From: a virus
Taxonomy: Duplodnaviria > Caudoviricetes
Reading direction: 5' to 3' (one strand)
DNA: 56,226 nucleotides
Virus record (IMG/VR): IMGVR_UViG_3300037424_002033
Span: 1 to 56,226 of that record
This document shows, in pieces, positions 8,451 to 16,266 of the stretch. The notes below the pieces were generated by a model. The model saw only the letters and a list, made by a program, of their open reading frames with translations, searched no databases and was not told the origin of the DNA. The stretch's first letter is position 1; every line of letters begins with the position of its first letter. The position numbers were made by a program, and so were the translations under genes.

Positions 8451-9271
8451 ATATCGCCACCCAACTCGTCGAGACGTTCACGTATCAGAGCTATTTCGAC
8501 GACGTGCTTCTTCAGACGGCGATCCTCGCACAGCCCCCTGGAAGTGCGATCGTCGAGAGCACGTTGAAGCGCCCGCAAATCCCCGGGGTGGGTGTCGCGC
8601 TCCACCCGTCGTCGGAGTGCCCGATCGCGATTCGCTTCTTCGGAAAGCACGACTCCGGAACGATCATTCTCACCCCCGGCATGAAGGTCATGACGGGAGC
8701 GTTCGATCGCTTCGAGTGGGGACTGCCCTACGGGTGGCTCGGCGGCGGTACGGCTGTGCTCTACGCGCTGCATGACGACGCGGAGCTTTCCTTCCAGACC
8801 TCGTCACCGGACGTGCTCTTTCACAGGACGCGGATTCAGATCGTGATCGGCGCGGCGCCGGACCTCGCGACGGCTCCGGTCAACTGGCCGGTTGCCTTTC
8901 CATGGGCGAATGCCTTCTCGGGCGTGGCCCCACAGTCGGGCAACGACGTGCTCGTGGTGCAACCGACGCACACTCTCTTCCGACTGAGGGTGTCGCAAGC
9001 GGCTCCTGTGTCTCTCATGCTTGCCTGGCGTGGCACGCAGGACTTCGACACCGACCTCGCTGGGGTTCCGGCGCTGGTAGACTACACCGTCACGGAGCTT
9101 TCATTCCCGGGAGTTCCGGCGACGAGCCCGACGGTGGCGTTCCCCGTCGCGTGGATGGACGATCCTCTCGTTCGCCTCGGTGGTCGAGCTTCGATCGTGA
9201 ACATCTACGATCCGGCTGGAACGCTCGCCGAAGACTTCGTCGATGTCCTGCGCTACGGCAGGTTCGCGTAG
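8447..9271 (+). CDS. Beta-rich virion protein (penton or vertex candidate)
   Basis: ATGA overlap with the upstream gene; beta-rich, 274 aa. Confidence 0.65.
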   Translation: MNIATQLVETFTYQSYFDDVLLQTAILAQPPGSAIVESTLKRPQIPGVGVALHPSSECPIAIRFFGKHDSGTIILTPGMKVMTGAFDRFEWGLPYGWLGGGTAVLYALHDDAELSFQTSSPDVLFHRTRIQIVIGAAPDLATAPVNWPVAFPWANAFSGVAPQSGNDVLVVQPTHTLFRLRVSQAAPVSLMLAWRGTQDFDTDLAGVPALVDYTVTELSFPGVPATSPTVAFPVAWMDDPLVRLGGRASIVNIYDPAGTLAEDFVDVLRYGRFA

Positions 9272-9280
9272 GAGGGTACC

Positions 9281-9739
9281 ATGATCATCCGCGAACCAGC
9301 CTTCGGCGAGATCCTCACCCCAGGGACGATCCTTGGGCACGCGAACGTCGTCGATTCCGATGTTCTGCGCGTCAGCACAGCGATCATGGGATCGAGCGTG
9401 GACGACGGGTTCAAGTCGGGGTGGATGAGCTTCGCCGAGGCGTGGGGGCAGTTCTACGACTCGCTTCAGGGAGTGACCGGCTGGGCGCAACGCCTCTGGG
9501 CTGGCACCGACGATCAGATCGACGACTACCAGACCCGGCTCGTTTCCTGGGAGCAGTCGTTCCGAGCGGCCGGCGGGCAGGTGCCAGGCGGCCCCGTGGC
9601 GCCACCTTCCCCTGCCTTCTCGCTCGAAGGCATCCTCGGGCAAGCAAAGTGGATCGTGATCGGCGGCGCCGCGCTCTACGCGCTCGTCACCTTCGGCCCG
9701 GCGCTCTCACGGGCTTTCTCGTCGTCGCGGAGGAAGTGA
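9281..9739 (+). CDS. Virion membrane protein (helical ectodomain plus C-terminal TM)
   Basis: MIIREPAFGE leader; WIVIGGAALYALVTFG TM segment. Confidence 0.75.
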   Translation: MIIREPAFGEILTPGTILGHANVVDSDVLRVSTAIMGSSVDDGFKSGWMSFAEAWGQFYDSLQGVTGWAQRLWAGTDDQIDDYQTRLVSWEQSFRAAGGQVPGGPVAPPSPAFSLEGILGQAKWIVIGGAALYALVTFGPALSRAFSSSRRK

Positions 9740-9741
9740 TC

Positions 9742-10080
9742 ATGGCCCGTCGTCGCCGTCGTAGGTTCGGAGAGGTGAAGCTGAAGAAGCGCGGCGGGAA
9801 GATCAGCCGCCTCGTCTACCATCACAACCTCCCGTCGCGGCGCGTCGGGATCAAGGTCTTCGTCTCGCGGTACGCTGCGGACACGGCCGGATATCAGGCG
9901 TGGGCGTGCCCGGCGTCTTCGGGAAACCGCGCGATCCGGGCGTCCGGCGAATCGAACGCCTACCAGCGGATCGGCGGCAGGTGCGGCCCGTACGGCTACG
10001 GCCGGACGCCGACGCGGGCGATCGAGAAGGCACTCATCGCGCTCGGCAAGTCCGGCGCTCTTCGGAAGGGCGGGAGGTAG
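9742..10080 (+). CDS. Arg-rich basic protein, GRTPT family paralog 1
   Basis: MARRRRRRFGE...YQAWAC...RCG...GRTPTRAI. Confidence 0.7.
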   Translation: MARRRRRRFGEVKLKKRGGKISRLVYHHNLPSRRVGIKVFVSRYAADTAGYQAWACPASSGNRAIRASGESNAYQRIGGRCGPYGYGRTPTRAIEKALIALGKSGALRKGGR

Positions 10081-10083
10081 GTC

Positions 10084-10386
10084 ATGGCGAGACGACGCAA
10101 GCGGAGCCGGTTCGCGGAGCTTCCCCACCGGAAGTGGTACCGCGGAGCAGTCTCTTCGGCTGCACACTGGAAGAAGATGTCAGCACAGATCCGCGTGGCC
10201 CGCGTCGGCGACACTGGCGAGCGGAAGACACAGCCGTACCGCGCGATCGTGTGCGTCGGCGGATCGCGGATGAAGGGCTTCTTCTACCCACGTCTCGCGG
10301 CGAACCGCTGCGGCGAGGCCCGCGGCCGGACCCCGACGAAGGCGATCCGCGGCGCGTTCCGCGATCTCGGCAAGTCGTTCAAGTAG
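10084..10386 (+). CDS. Arg-rich basic protein, GRTPT family paralog 2
   Basis: MARRRKRSRFAE...YRAIVC...RCG...GRTPTKAI. Confidence 0.7.
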   Translation: MARRRKRSRFAELPHRKWYRGAVSSAAHWKKMSAQIRVARVGDTGERKTQPYRAIVCVGGSRMKGFFYPRLAANRCGEARGRTPTKAIRGAFRDLGKSFK

Positions 10387-10395
10387 GAGGCGATC

Positions 10396-10635
10396 ATGGC
10401 ACGTCACAGGAAGAGCCGGCACAGGCGGAGCGGACGCGGAGGCAAGGGCTTCCGGCTGCCCCTCATCGGCAAGCTCACGCTCGGCAAGCTCGGCGTCGGC
10501 ATCGCCGCATGGTGGTTCCTCGTCCGGCCGGCGATGGCGTCGGCGCCCGAGTCGGAGGCGATCCCGTCGAACTTCGTCTCCATCGAGCCGGTAGGCCCGT
10601 CGGTGCAGTCCGAGCCGATCACCCCGAGCATGTGA
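10396..10635 (+). CDS. Small membrane protein with Arg-rich N-terminus
   Basis: RLPLIGKLT...IAAWWFLVRP, similar to 11282-11452. Confidence 0.7.
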   Translation: MARHRKSRHRRSGRGGKGFRLPLIGKLTLGKLGVGIAAWWFLVRPAMASAPESEAIPSNFVSIEPVGPSVQSEPITPSM

Positions 10636-10645
10636 GGGCTTGGCC

Positions 10646-10948
10646 ATGGCACGTCGCAAGCGATTTGGCGAAGGAGATTGGCTCTCCGAAGATGATGCGA
10701 TCGACGAGGAGTCGAACGAGCCGACGGAAGACGATCTCATCACCGACGATCATATCCACTTCTATTCGAGCGGAAAGCGGGCCCTGACGCTTTCCGAGAC
10801 GACGACCGGAGTGGACACGGCTTCGATGTGGAAGGCGATCGACGCATGGATGGAGAAGTCGAACTACTACCCGAACGTCTGGTTCATCTCGGACCACGGG
10901 AACGCACATCTCATGGAGCGGCCGAAGCGCCGCCGGAGGCGGCGGTGA
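10646..10948 (+). CDS. Protein with basic termini and an acidic core
   Basis: MARRKRFGE...DDAIDEE...YYPNVWFISDHGN...KRRRRRR. Confidence 0.75.
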   Translation: MARRKRFGEGDWLSEDDAIDEESNEPTEDDLITDDHIHFYSSGKRALTLSETTTGVDTASMWKAIDAWMEKSNYYPNVWFISDHGNAHLMERPKRRRRRR

Positions 10949-11157
10949 GTGGCCCGACGTTCCTCGAAATCCTCGGCAAGCGGCTCGCCGAGCAAGGGGC
11001 CGGTGATCGACGCGGAGTGGACGGAGGTTCCGGGCACCGCATCGTCGCCTCCGGTCCCCGGCGCCTCGCTTCGCCTGCATCGGGTCGCCGTGATCCCGCG
11101 GCGCCGTGCAACTGCGACGGAAAGCGGAAGGTGCCCGGGGTGCGGAAGGTCGGGTGA
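10945..11157 (+). CDS. Small basic protein overlapping 10949-11260 in another frame
   Basis: GTGA-coupled start; good codon usage; PCNCDGKRK near the end. Confidence 0.45.
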   Translation: MSGPTFLEILGKRLAEQGAGDRRGVDGGSGHRIVASGPRRLASPASGRRDPAAPCNCDGKRKVPGVRKVG

Positions 11158-11260
11158 GCTAGTGGCCGTCAAGATTTCGTTCGTGACCGCTCACGTCTGC
11201 CCCAGGTGCGCGGTGTTCGGAAAGCTGGGGGCACACGCCCTCGGCGCACTTCTCCGCTAG
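10949..11260 (+). CDS. Zn-finger-like protein (CxxC...CxxC)
   Basis: MARR start (GTG); CPGC and CPRC motifs. Confidence 0.5.
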   Translation: MARRSSKSSASGSPSKGPVIDAEWTEVPGTASSPPVPGASLRLHRVAVIPRRRATATESGRCPGCGRSGELVAVKISFVTAHVCPRCAVFGKLGAHALGALLR

Positions 11261-11281
11261 CGCGGAGAGAAGGAGCACAAG

Positions 11282-11452
11282 ATGAAGATGGGATTCCTCT
11301 CGAAGCCGCTCGTGAAGCTGCCGATCGTCGGCAAGGTGACGCCGCTCCTCCTCGGCGTGGCGTTCGCCGGCTGGTACTTCTTCATCAAGAAGCCGGCGGC
11401 GGCGGCGCCGACGGTGGCCGGCTTCGGCTTCTCGAACTACTTCCGGGGGTGA
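11282..11452 (+). CDS. Small membrane protein (56 aa, not in the ORF track)
   Basis: MKMGFLSKPLVKLPIVGKVTPLLLGVAFAGWYFFIKK...AGFGF; AAGGAG SD. Confidence 0.7.
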   Translation: MKMGFLSKPLVKLPIVGKVTPLLLGVAFAGWYFFIKKPAAAAPTVAGFGFSNYFRG

Positions 11453-11456
11453 CGTC

Positions 11457-11798
11457 ATGGCCCGTCGTCGGCACAAGCGTTTCGGTGATCCCACTGCGGT
11501 CCACGCGGAACGGGCGAAGTTTCACCTCCGTGAGATCAAGCGGCTCACCAGAACGGCGCGCAGTTACCTCGCCTCGCCCCCCGACTGCGAGAGTGCGGGC
11601 GGCTTGATCGTCGCGCTCGCGCAGATGCAGGGGTCGTACTTGATCGACCGCACGGCCGGAGGGTTTCGCCGCGCTGGGGGGTACGGCGGCGCTGGCCCCC
11701 GTGGCGTCATTCGCAAGTTCCTCGCGCTTTGCACGGTGAAGCCGCGGAGCGCGTCGGCGGCTCGCAAGATGCGCGCTGTGTGGCGCCGTGGGGGATGA
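11457..11798 (+). CDS. Basic putative core protein (paralog of 3469-3816)
   Basis: MARRRHKRFGD; H...AR...C..A...C pattern. Confidence 0.7.
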   Translation: MARRRHKRFGDPTAVHAERAKFHLREIKRLTRTARSYLASPPDCESAGGLIVALAQMQGSYLIDRTAGGFRRAGGYGGAGPRGVIRKFLALCTVKPRSASAARKMRAVWRRGG

Positions 11799-11801
11799 GC
11801 C

Positions 11802-11990
11802 ATGTTCGTCCGCGAGCCCACCTTCGGGAAGCATGATCCGCGCTACGGTCAGATCGACGCCGGCACCTCGACGGCGATCGTGGCCGCGGGCGACGCTGAG
11901 AGCATCTCGCCGCTCACCTACTTCTTCACCGCCGTCGCGGCGGGCGTGACCGTCTTCTTCATCACGAAGTGGCTCGGCGGGAGGAAGTGA
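11802..11990 (+). CDS. Small membrane protein
   Basis: MFVREPTFGK leader; C-terminal TM segment. Confidence 0.7.
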   Translation: MFVREPTFGKHDPRYGQIDAGTSTAIVAAGDAESISPLTYFFTAVAAGVTVFFITKWLGGRK

Positions 11991-12217
11991 TGAGTCGGTA
12001 CGCCTACAGCGTCGCGACGAGCCGTTCGCCGACGGCGTTCAAGTTCCGGCTGCGCACCGATGCGTGTCGCTTCGCGAAGTCGTGGGGCAAGCTCCGTGGC
12101 AACGGCCACGCGCAGGTGTTCAAGCTCGACGCGCACGGCAAGCCGCTCCGCGAGGAGCATTGCACCGGCGGCGTCTTCGGTGGCTACAAGCGGCGCTCGC
12201 GTCGCAGGAGGAAGTGA
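11990..12217 (+). CDS. Small basic protein
   Basis: TGATG coupling; two Cys; ends FGGYKRRSRRRRK. Confidence 0.65.
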   Translation: MSRYAYSVATSRSPTAFKFRLRTDACRFAKSWGKLRGNGHAQVFKLDAHGKPLREEHCTGGVFGGYKRRSRRRRK

Positions 12218-12219
12218 TC

Positions 12220-12702
12220 ATGGGCAAGCTGATTCGCTACTCGAAGCTCGCGGCGCTCATCGCCGCTTTCGTCGTTGCGTTCATGGGGCCGCCGAAGGCG
12301 GCGGCGCAGACCACGGTCAAGGAGGGCAACGGTTCACAACTCGTGATCCCCTGGACTGTGCAAGGCTCCTCGGTGCCCGGCTCCCTGCCGGTGCCGGTGA
12401 ACCCGGCCGCGCTCACGGCCGGCGAGACCACCGAGGTCGCGGTCACGAACGCAGCCGGCGGCACCACTGTGCCGGCCGTCGCCTTCGCCACTCGCCGGGA
12501 GGTCCGGCTTCAGAACCTCGGACCCAATCCGATCTACTGCACCGTGGACGGCTCCGCCCCGGTCGTGCTCTCGAACGGGGATCGCATCCTCCCCGGCGAT
12601 CGGGTCCCGTACGCGATCGGCCCCCTCATCATCCTCCGCTGCATCTCGGCCACGGCGGCGCAGGTGACGACCGCCGCGACGATGGTCACCGAGTTGCGCT
12701 AA
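12220..12702 (+). CDS. Small beta-sandwich spike or vertex protein with N-terminal signal/TM
   Basis: Signal-like N-terminus; RREVRLQNLGPNPIYC beta pattern. Confidence 0.7.
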   Translation: MGKLIRYSKLAALIAAFVVAFMGPPKAAAQTTVKEGNGSQLVIPWTVQGSSVPGSLPVPVNPAALTAGETTEVAVTNAAGGTTVPAVAFATRREVRLQNLGPNPIYCTVDGSAPVVLSNGDRILPGDRVPYAIGPLIILRCISATAAQVTTAATMVTELR

Positions 12703-12725
12703 CGCGCACCTCTTCGGAGACGGCA

Positions 12726-12980
12726 ATGCGCGCACTCGTTCTCATATTCCTCGTGGCAAGCGCAGCGTGCGCCGAGACGCGCGTCATGTGGAAGAACGAG
12801 CGGGCTGCTTACATCGAGCACGACGTCGCGGCCGAGGCGTGCGAGATCGAGTGGATCATGGCGCCGCAGATCCGACTCGCACGGAAGAGCTACCGAGGCA
12901 TCTTCATCGAGTGCATGGCGAGCTACGGCTGGCGTGCTGAAGTCTGGGAGATCGCTGTGACCACCCCGGAGAACCCATGA
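12726..12980 (+). CDS. Putative lipoprotein or secreted protein
   Basis: MRALVLIFLVASAAC; Cys pair. Confidence 0.55.
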   Translation: MRALVLIFLVASAACAETRVMWKNERAAYIEHDVAAEACEIEWIMAPQIRLARKSYRGIFIECMASYGWRAEVWEIAVTTPENP

Positions 12981-14980
12981 TCTCGCTCCTCGTCGCTCTC
13001 CTCGTCGCGCAGACCTCGCTCGAAACGACGGGACCGATCGGTGCCACGAAGGCGCCGGTGCTCTACGCGCCGTTCGACGTCATCGGCACCTTCGCCTCGG
13101 GCTTCGCACTGCCGACCGGGCAGGTGGTCACGGTCGTTCGGGCAGGCACCGCGACAGCCACGTACATCGACGCGAACGGGCTCGTGGCGAACGCCGCCGC
13201 GAACACGGCACGAGTCGAGAAGGCCGGGCTCCTCGTCGAGCAGGCCCGCACGAACTCGGCGCTTCAGTCGGAGACGACGTGCGTCGCGAACGCGGTGCAG
13301 GCGCCATGGACCCTCGTGGGCGCTCCGACGTGCGTCACGAACGCGGCGGTTGCACCGGATGCGGCCGGTTCGACGACGGCCGATCGCTGGACGTCGGCGG
13401 TGAACACGAACCTCATCACGCAGACGGCCACGACTGCTTCCACTTCCGTGTTCGCGGTTTCACAATGGTTCAACCGAGCCGTGACCGGAATCGTGACGCT
13501 GCAAGGCACCTGCGGAGCGGCAACGGCTACGGCTTGCACTTGCTGGACAAGCGACGGGCGAGCTTGCACCGCCGCTGCCGCGACCACCACCTGCACGGTC
13601 AAGATGACGGCAAACACGACGTGGTCGCGGCTCATCGGCAACTACACCTGCAACGCCGCGACCACCGCTCCGGTGATCGCATTCGCGCCGGGCGAGCTTG
13701 CCGTTTCGACCGGCACCGCCGACGTGTGGGGAGCGCAGCTTGAAGGCGGCAATTCTAGCAAGCCGTCCGTGTTCGCTACGAGCTATATGGCGACCGTTGC
13801 AGCAAGCGTGACACGCAACGGCGACACGTACACTACGACATATCCGATCGCCGCTGCGAACAATGCCGCGTGGTGCGCAACTGGCGTGTGGACACCTGAA
13901 TCCGGCCGCGCGTGGAATCAAGGTGTGAACGTCGAACGGCTCATGTCCGCGTATGTTACAAACGACGGAGCGGCAAACTCGTGGCGAACGTACATCGTGT
14001 CTTCGACTGCTCTTCAGTTCGACACGATCGACGGAACGACTACCACGAGATCCCGCGTGTCTTCGCTTCATGCACTCCCGAACGGATCCCCCGGATCTTG
14101 GACGTTCACGAACTCGTCCGGGGTGCCTGGGACGCCTTCGTTCCTACTCAACGGACAAACTGCTAACGGGGCTCTTTCGGGTGCGGGCACCGGATCCGTA
14201 GCTCCGACCACGCTCGCGTTTGGGATGACCGGAGCCGCCACAGAGCAGTTCGGTGGGAACATCCGCGACTTCCGCATGTATGCGAACACGACGCTCTGCG
14301 GTGAGGGATCGATCTTCCCAGCGCTCTTCGACGACGACGTGAACACTGTCGCGCACGTCGTCTTCCGGCACGGCGCTCTCGTCGATCTGAAGTCAAATGC
14401 GTGGGTGATGCCAGTCAACCCGGTTCCGCAGGTCACATCGGGCGCGTTCTCGATTCCTCCGAGCGGAAATCTATCCAATCCAACGACGTACTACACACTC
14501 GGGTCCGGCGCGGATGTGCTCGATTTCCCCGGTGGCGTGTTCACGATCGCGATCGTTGCCACCCCGGCGAACTACGCGGCTCCGACGAGTGTGCTCCTCG
14601 CGAATTCGAACAATTCTACGGACGGCTGGTTCACGTCCATGACTGTCACAGGCAACGGACGGTTCGTGACTCGCCAGCCGGCTGCGTCGGATCTCAGCAC
14701 TGCCAACATCGCTGCGCTGAACGTTCCCTTCGTGCTGTGCGCTGGCCGCGACGGAACCAACTCGATGGTGAAGCTGAACTTCGGGACGATCGTCTCGGCG
14801 GCAACGACATACGTGGCGCCGGTCACCAGAGTCGTATTTCTCGGCAACCTCAATGGTAGTTTCCCCTTCCCTGGCGTAGTCCACGAAATATTAGCCACGA
14901 CGACTGCGCCGTCGGATGCGGCGTGCATTGCGCTCGCCAACACCGCTTTCGCCCGCATGGGCATCACGGTCCCGCCGTGA
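12977..14980 (+). CDS. Large spike / receptor-binding protein with lectin (LamG/ConA-like) domains
   Basis: Signal-like N-terminus; LLVEQARTN, WGAQLE..ATSY..TR motifs typical of phage spike and fibre proteins; Thr/Ala/Cys-rich. Confidence 0.75.
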   Translation: MISLLVALLVAQTSLETTGPIGATKAPVLYAPFDVIGTFASGFALPTGQVVTVVRAGTATATYIDANGLVANAAANTARVEKAGLLVEQARTNSALQSETTCVANAVQAPWTLVGAPTCVTNAAVAPDAAGSTTADRWTSAVNTNLITQTATTASTSVFAVSQWFNRAVTGIVTLQGTCGAATATACTCWTSDGRACTAAAATTTCTVKMTANTTWSRLIGNYTCNAATTAPVIAFAPGELAVSTGTADVWGAQLEGGNSSKPSVFATSYMATVAASVTRNGDTYTTTYPIAAANNAAWCATGVWTPESGRAWNQGVNVERLMSAYVTNDGAANSWRTYIVSSTALQFDTIDGTTTTRSRVSSLHALPNGSPGSWTFTNSSGVPGTPSFLLNGQTANGALSGAGTGSVAPTTLAFGMTGAATEQFGGNIRDFRMYANTTLCGEGSIFPALFDDDVNTVAHVVFRHGALVDLKSNAWVMPVNPVPQVTSGAFSIPPSGNLSNPTTYYTLGSGADVLDFPGGVFTIAIVATPANYAAPTSVLLANSNNSTDGWFTSMTVTGNGRFVTRQPAASDLSTANIAALNVPFVLCAGRDGTNSMVKLNFGTIVSAATTYVAPVTRVVFLGNLNGSFPFPGVVHEILATTTAPSDAACIALANTAFARMGITVPP

Positions 14981-14990
14981 GGCATGACAG

Positions 14991-15476
14991 TTGACCACCG
15001 ATCACAAGCCGGGCGACGAGGCCCCGAAGGAGAAGCCGAAGAAGAAGATCAGCGCGAAGCGTGTGCTGATCGCGCTCGGCTGGGAGAAGCGGCCAGACAA
15101 CTCTGAGACTCCGCAAGGTCGCGGCGAGGATCTTCTCGCCCGGCTCGGTGTGAGAGGCGGCGCGCTGGGCGGAGTCGTGATCGTGCTCATGAAGGTCGTC
15201 GCGGCGATCGATCGGCAGTCCGTCGCGTTGGAGGATCTAGGGAAGGGTGTAGCAGCCCAGGTGAAGCAGGCGACGGAAGGAACAGAGACGCTCAAGGGTC
15301 TAGTTCAGTCGAGCGATCTCAACCGACGTGAGCAAGAACTCACCACACGGGAGACGAAAGCAGTCGGCGAGAAGGTAGACAAGCTGGCCGACGCGATCGG
15401 CGTGCGAAAAGGCGAGACCACCCCGGTTGCGCCTGCGAATGTGCGCGCTACCCCGGTGGGAAGAGGGAAGCCATGA
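14991..15476 (+). CDS. Membrane-anchored coiled-coil protein
   Basis: TTG start; GGALGGVVIVLM TM segment followed by a coiled coil. Confidence 0.6.
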   Translation: MTTDHKPGDEAPKEKPKKKISAKRVLIALGWEKRPDNSETPQGRGEDLLARLGVRGGALGGVVIVLMKVVAAIDRQSVALEDLGKGVAAQVKQATEGTETLKGLVQSSDLNRREQELTTRETKAVGEKVDKLADAIGVRKGETTPVAPANVRATPVGRGKP

Positions 15477-15790
15477 CGGCGAAGAAGCGCCTGGTGGAAA
15501 CGCGGATGGAGACGCTCGACGCCGAGTCGATCGCGCTCATCGTGTCCCAGCTTTCGGCGCTCATGCACCACCGAGAGGATCGCATCATCATCGCCGTGGA
15601 GAAGATGCTGAAGCCGATCACCGACACCTTCAAGTCAAATGGCGGCACGCTCGATCGGCTCGTGGAGATGATGGACGGGATCGATGAGAAGATCACCGCG
15701 TTCGAGGCCCGGATGAATTCGTACGAGAAGAAGACGGATGCCAGGATCGAGCGCATCGAGCGCGAGATCACGGAGAGGAAGAAGTCATGA
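15473..15790 (+). CDS. Coiled-coil hypothetical protein
   Basis: ATGA-coupled; heptad pattern. Confidence 0.7.
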   Translation: MTAKKRLVETRMETLDAESIALIVSQLSALMHHREDRIIIAVEKMLKPITDTFKSNGGTLDRLVEMMDGIDEKITAFEARMNSYEKKTDARIERIEREITERKKS

Positions 15791-16263
15791 TCGTACGCGA
15801 TGACCGTGGAGTGCCGAGTGGCTACGGCGAGGTCCAATTCGAGGGCCTCTTCGACTCGATCAAGCGGGCGGCTCGCGCCGTAGGCAATGCTGTGTCGGCG
15901 GTGATCCCTGACAAGGTGGAAGGCATCCTCAAGGCTGGCGCGGCCACCGCAGCCGTGGGGCTCACCGGCGGCGCCGCCCTGCTCATCCCGGGCGTTCGCC
16001 AGCCAGCGATCCAGGGGTACAAGATGGGGGCCGCCATCGGCGCCGGCATCGTGGGCTCTCAGGCGCTCGCGAAGGGGGTCAGCGCCATCGGGACGACCAC
16101 GACCGGCCCCGCCTCGGGGGACCCCGCGGCTGGGGGAGCCGCGCCGGCCAGCCGGAGTGCCGCGCCCATCGTGGCCGGCGCAGGGGCCGGATTCCTCGCG
16201 CTCGGGCCCCTGGGGGCTGTCATCGGCGGTGTGGCAGGGTACGCTCTGAGTCGGAGGGCATGA
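15787..16263 (+). CDS. Gly/Ala-rich virion membrane protein with C-terminal glycine zipper
   Basis: SGYGE...FEGLF; ends GAGFLALGPLGAVIGGVAGY. Confidence 0.75.
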   Translation: MIVRDDRGVPSGYGEVQFEGLFDSIKRAARAVGNAVSAVIPDKVEGILKAGAATAAVGLTGGAALLIPGVRQPAIQGYKMGAAIGAGIVGSQALAKGVSAIGTTTTGPASGDPAAGGAAPASRSAAPIVAGAGAGFLALGPLGAVIGGVAGYALSRRA

Positions 16264-16266
16264 CCC

